Virus record (IMG/VR): IMGVR_UViG_3300018080_000027
Location: 1 to 54,687 of that record
Source of the DNA: a virus
DNA length: 54,687 nt
Direction: 5' to 3' (one strand)
Shown: in pieces, positions 53,702-54,687 of the stretch
Layout: each line of letters starts with the position of its first letter
Numbering within the stretch: position 1 is the stretch's first letter
Notes under the pieces: model-generated
Seen by the model: the letters and a program-made list of their open reading frames with translations, nothing else
Told to the model about the DNA's origin: nothing
The model's database searches: none
Made by a program: the position numbers and the translations under genes

Positions 53702-54687
53702 ATGGCCGATCGCAAGATGAGCGAAATGTCGCTCGACAACTCCCTTGACGGGACCGAGCGAATCCTAGCCCAAGGCGCCGACGGAGCGTGCATCACAACG
53801 GCCGTCATGGCTGCCTATGCCGTCGACCAGCTTCACCAAGCAGACGTCATCACGTCCCTTTCCGACGCCCATGAATTGGTAGTTTTCGTCTCTGACGTGG
53901 AGAAGATCATCACCGTTGCCAACCTCTCGGCGTGGGTAATAGACGAGATCGAGGCAATCACGACCGGGAGCACGATTACCAGCGGCGACACGCTCATATA
54001 TTCCGATGGTGGCACGCTGAAGCAAATCGACATCGACGACGTGGAGAGCTACTTGCAGGCGAATCTCGAATCTGCGTCTCACAACTTCACGAGCATGGAC
54101 GCCGTTGTTGCCGTCGCGGGGACGGATGTTTTCGCACTGGATCAAGGCGCTGCCACGAAGAAGCTGACTTACACGCAACTCTCTGCGGAGATCTGGGGGG
54201 AGTTGGCCGCGAATGTCGCTGGGTGCTCGGCGATTTCTTCCCCGAGTGGATCGGACCAGTTTTACGTGTCTCGGGCCGGTGCTGACAAAAGCATAACCCT
54301 CACGGTGTTGTCTACCTACCTACTGAATCAAATAGACCCCGACGGCGCCTCCTGGATGCTCGATGAAGATGACATGGCGTCGAACGATGACACCAAAGTT
54401 CCAAGCCAACAGAGCGTGAAGGCATTTGCTGAGACGATCGCCAACCACGACATCAGCAGCGGGACGGATATTGGCGAGGCTTTGGCTGACGGCGATTTAT
54501 TCAGTGTTTACAACCTGTCGAGTACCGTTGTGCGAAAGTCGGCGGTATCAAGAATCTGGACGTACATTTGGGCGCAAATGCAGGCGGCGTCTGCCAAGGC
54601 ATCCCCAGTAGCGGCTGACATCCTATTGATTCAGGACTCGGAGGACAGCAACAGCATCAAGGAAGTGACCTTCGCCGAACTGAAGAC
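53702..54687 (+). CDS. N-terminal part of the tail-fibre-like protein; open to the window end and continues at position 124 of the circle
   Basis: Hand translation from ATG 53702 finds no stop. Seven DxLxxxD...K(K)xT...L modules and a DEDDMASNDDTKVPSQQSVKAF motif common in phage fibre proteins. Absent from the ORF track because it has no stop in the window. Confidence 0.75.
   Translation, partial: MADRKMSEMSLDNSLDGTERILAQGADGACITTAVMAAYAVDQLHQADVITSLSDAHELVVFVSDVEKIITVANLSAWVIDEIEAITTGSTITSGDTLIYSDGGTLKQIDIDDVESYLQANLESASHNFTSMDAVVAVAGTDVFALDQGAATKKLTYTQLSAEIWGELAANVAGCSAISSPSGSDQFYVSRAGADKSITLTVLSTYLLNQIDPDGASWMLDEDDMASNDDTKVPSQQSVKAFAETIANHDISSGTDIGEALADGDLFSVYNLSSTVVRKSAVSRIWTYIWAQMQAASAKASPVAADILLIQDSEDSNSIKEVTFAELK
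54565..54687. repeat. Terminal overlap, copy 2; identical to 1-123
   Basis: Same 123-nt string as the window start. Confidence 0.95.

Overview
The window is a complete, circularly closed genome of a GC-rich temperate tailed phage. About 54.56 kb is unique: bases 1-123 recur at 54565-54687, and one ORF reads straight through that junction. No tape-measure, tube or sheath gene is recognisable, so it looks podovirus-like. All calls rest on motif reading and synteny only; no searches were run.

Layout:
(1) A rightward late operon starts at a divergent promoter pair near 35.17 kb. It carries three small genes, a lower-GC gene trio, terL (37615), portal, scaffold, major capsid, jelly-roll/LamG/tail proteins and two tandem paralogues. 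It then carries an embedded SAM-methyltransferase plus two glycosyltransferases and a repeat-rich tail fibre that crosses the junction. It continues with internal-virion-like proteins, including a 2656-aa giant with an HExxH motif, and a lysis-like cassette ending at a bidirectional terminator (16.24 kb).
(2) A leftward early/replication operon runs from 28479 down to 16333 and is headed by a csrA homologue. It contains a DEDD exonuclease, a Sak4-like ATPase, a DUF669-like protein, a RecD-like helicase and a 40x non-canonical pentapeptide-repeat protein. It also contains an ERCC4 nuclease, a DnaG-like primase, an HExxH protein and a P-loop helicase.
(3) A lysogeny/recombination region spans 28.8-35.1 kb. 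It holds xis, an attP core that is the 3' half of a tRNA-Leu(CAG)-like gene, a tyrosine integrase and an iteron-like repeat field. A leftward operon of small genes shares a start-associated sequence and is followed by a DUF3560-like protein, an orphan N6-adenine methyltransferase and a small serine recombinase.

Most interesting candidates:
- a possible virion O-glycosylation module next to a Thr/Ser/Ala-rich tail (49.0-52.5 kb);
- the perfectly phased 40 x 15-bp repeat gene, whose only variation is at non-synonymous positions (21.3-21.9 kb);
- a phage csrA preceded by a GGA-rich leader that ends in an intrinsic terminator (28.3-28.8 kb);
- a RecA-like ATPase ending in an SSB-type EDEIPF tip.
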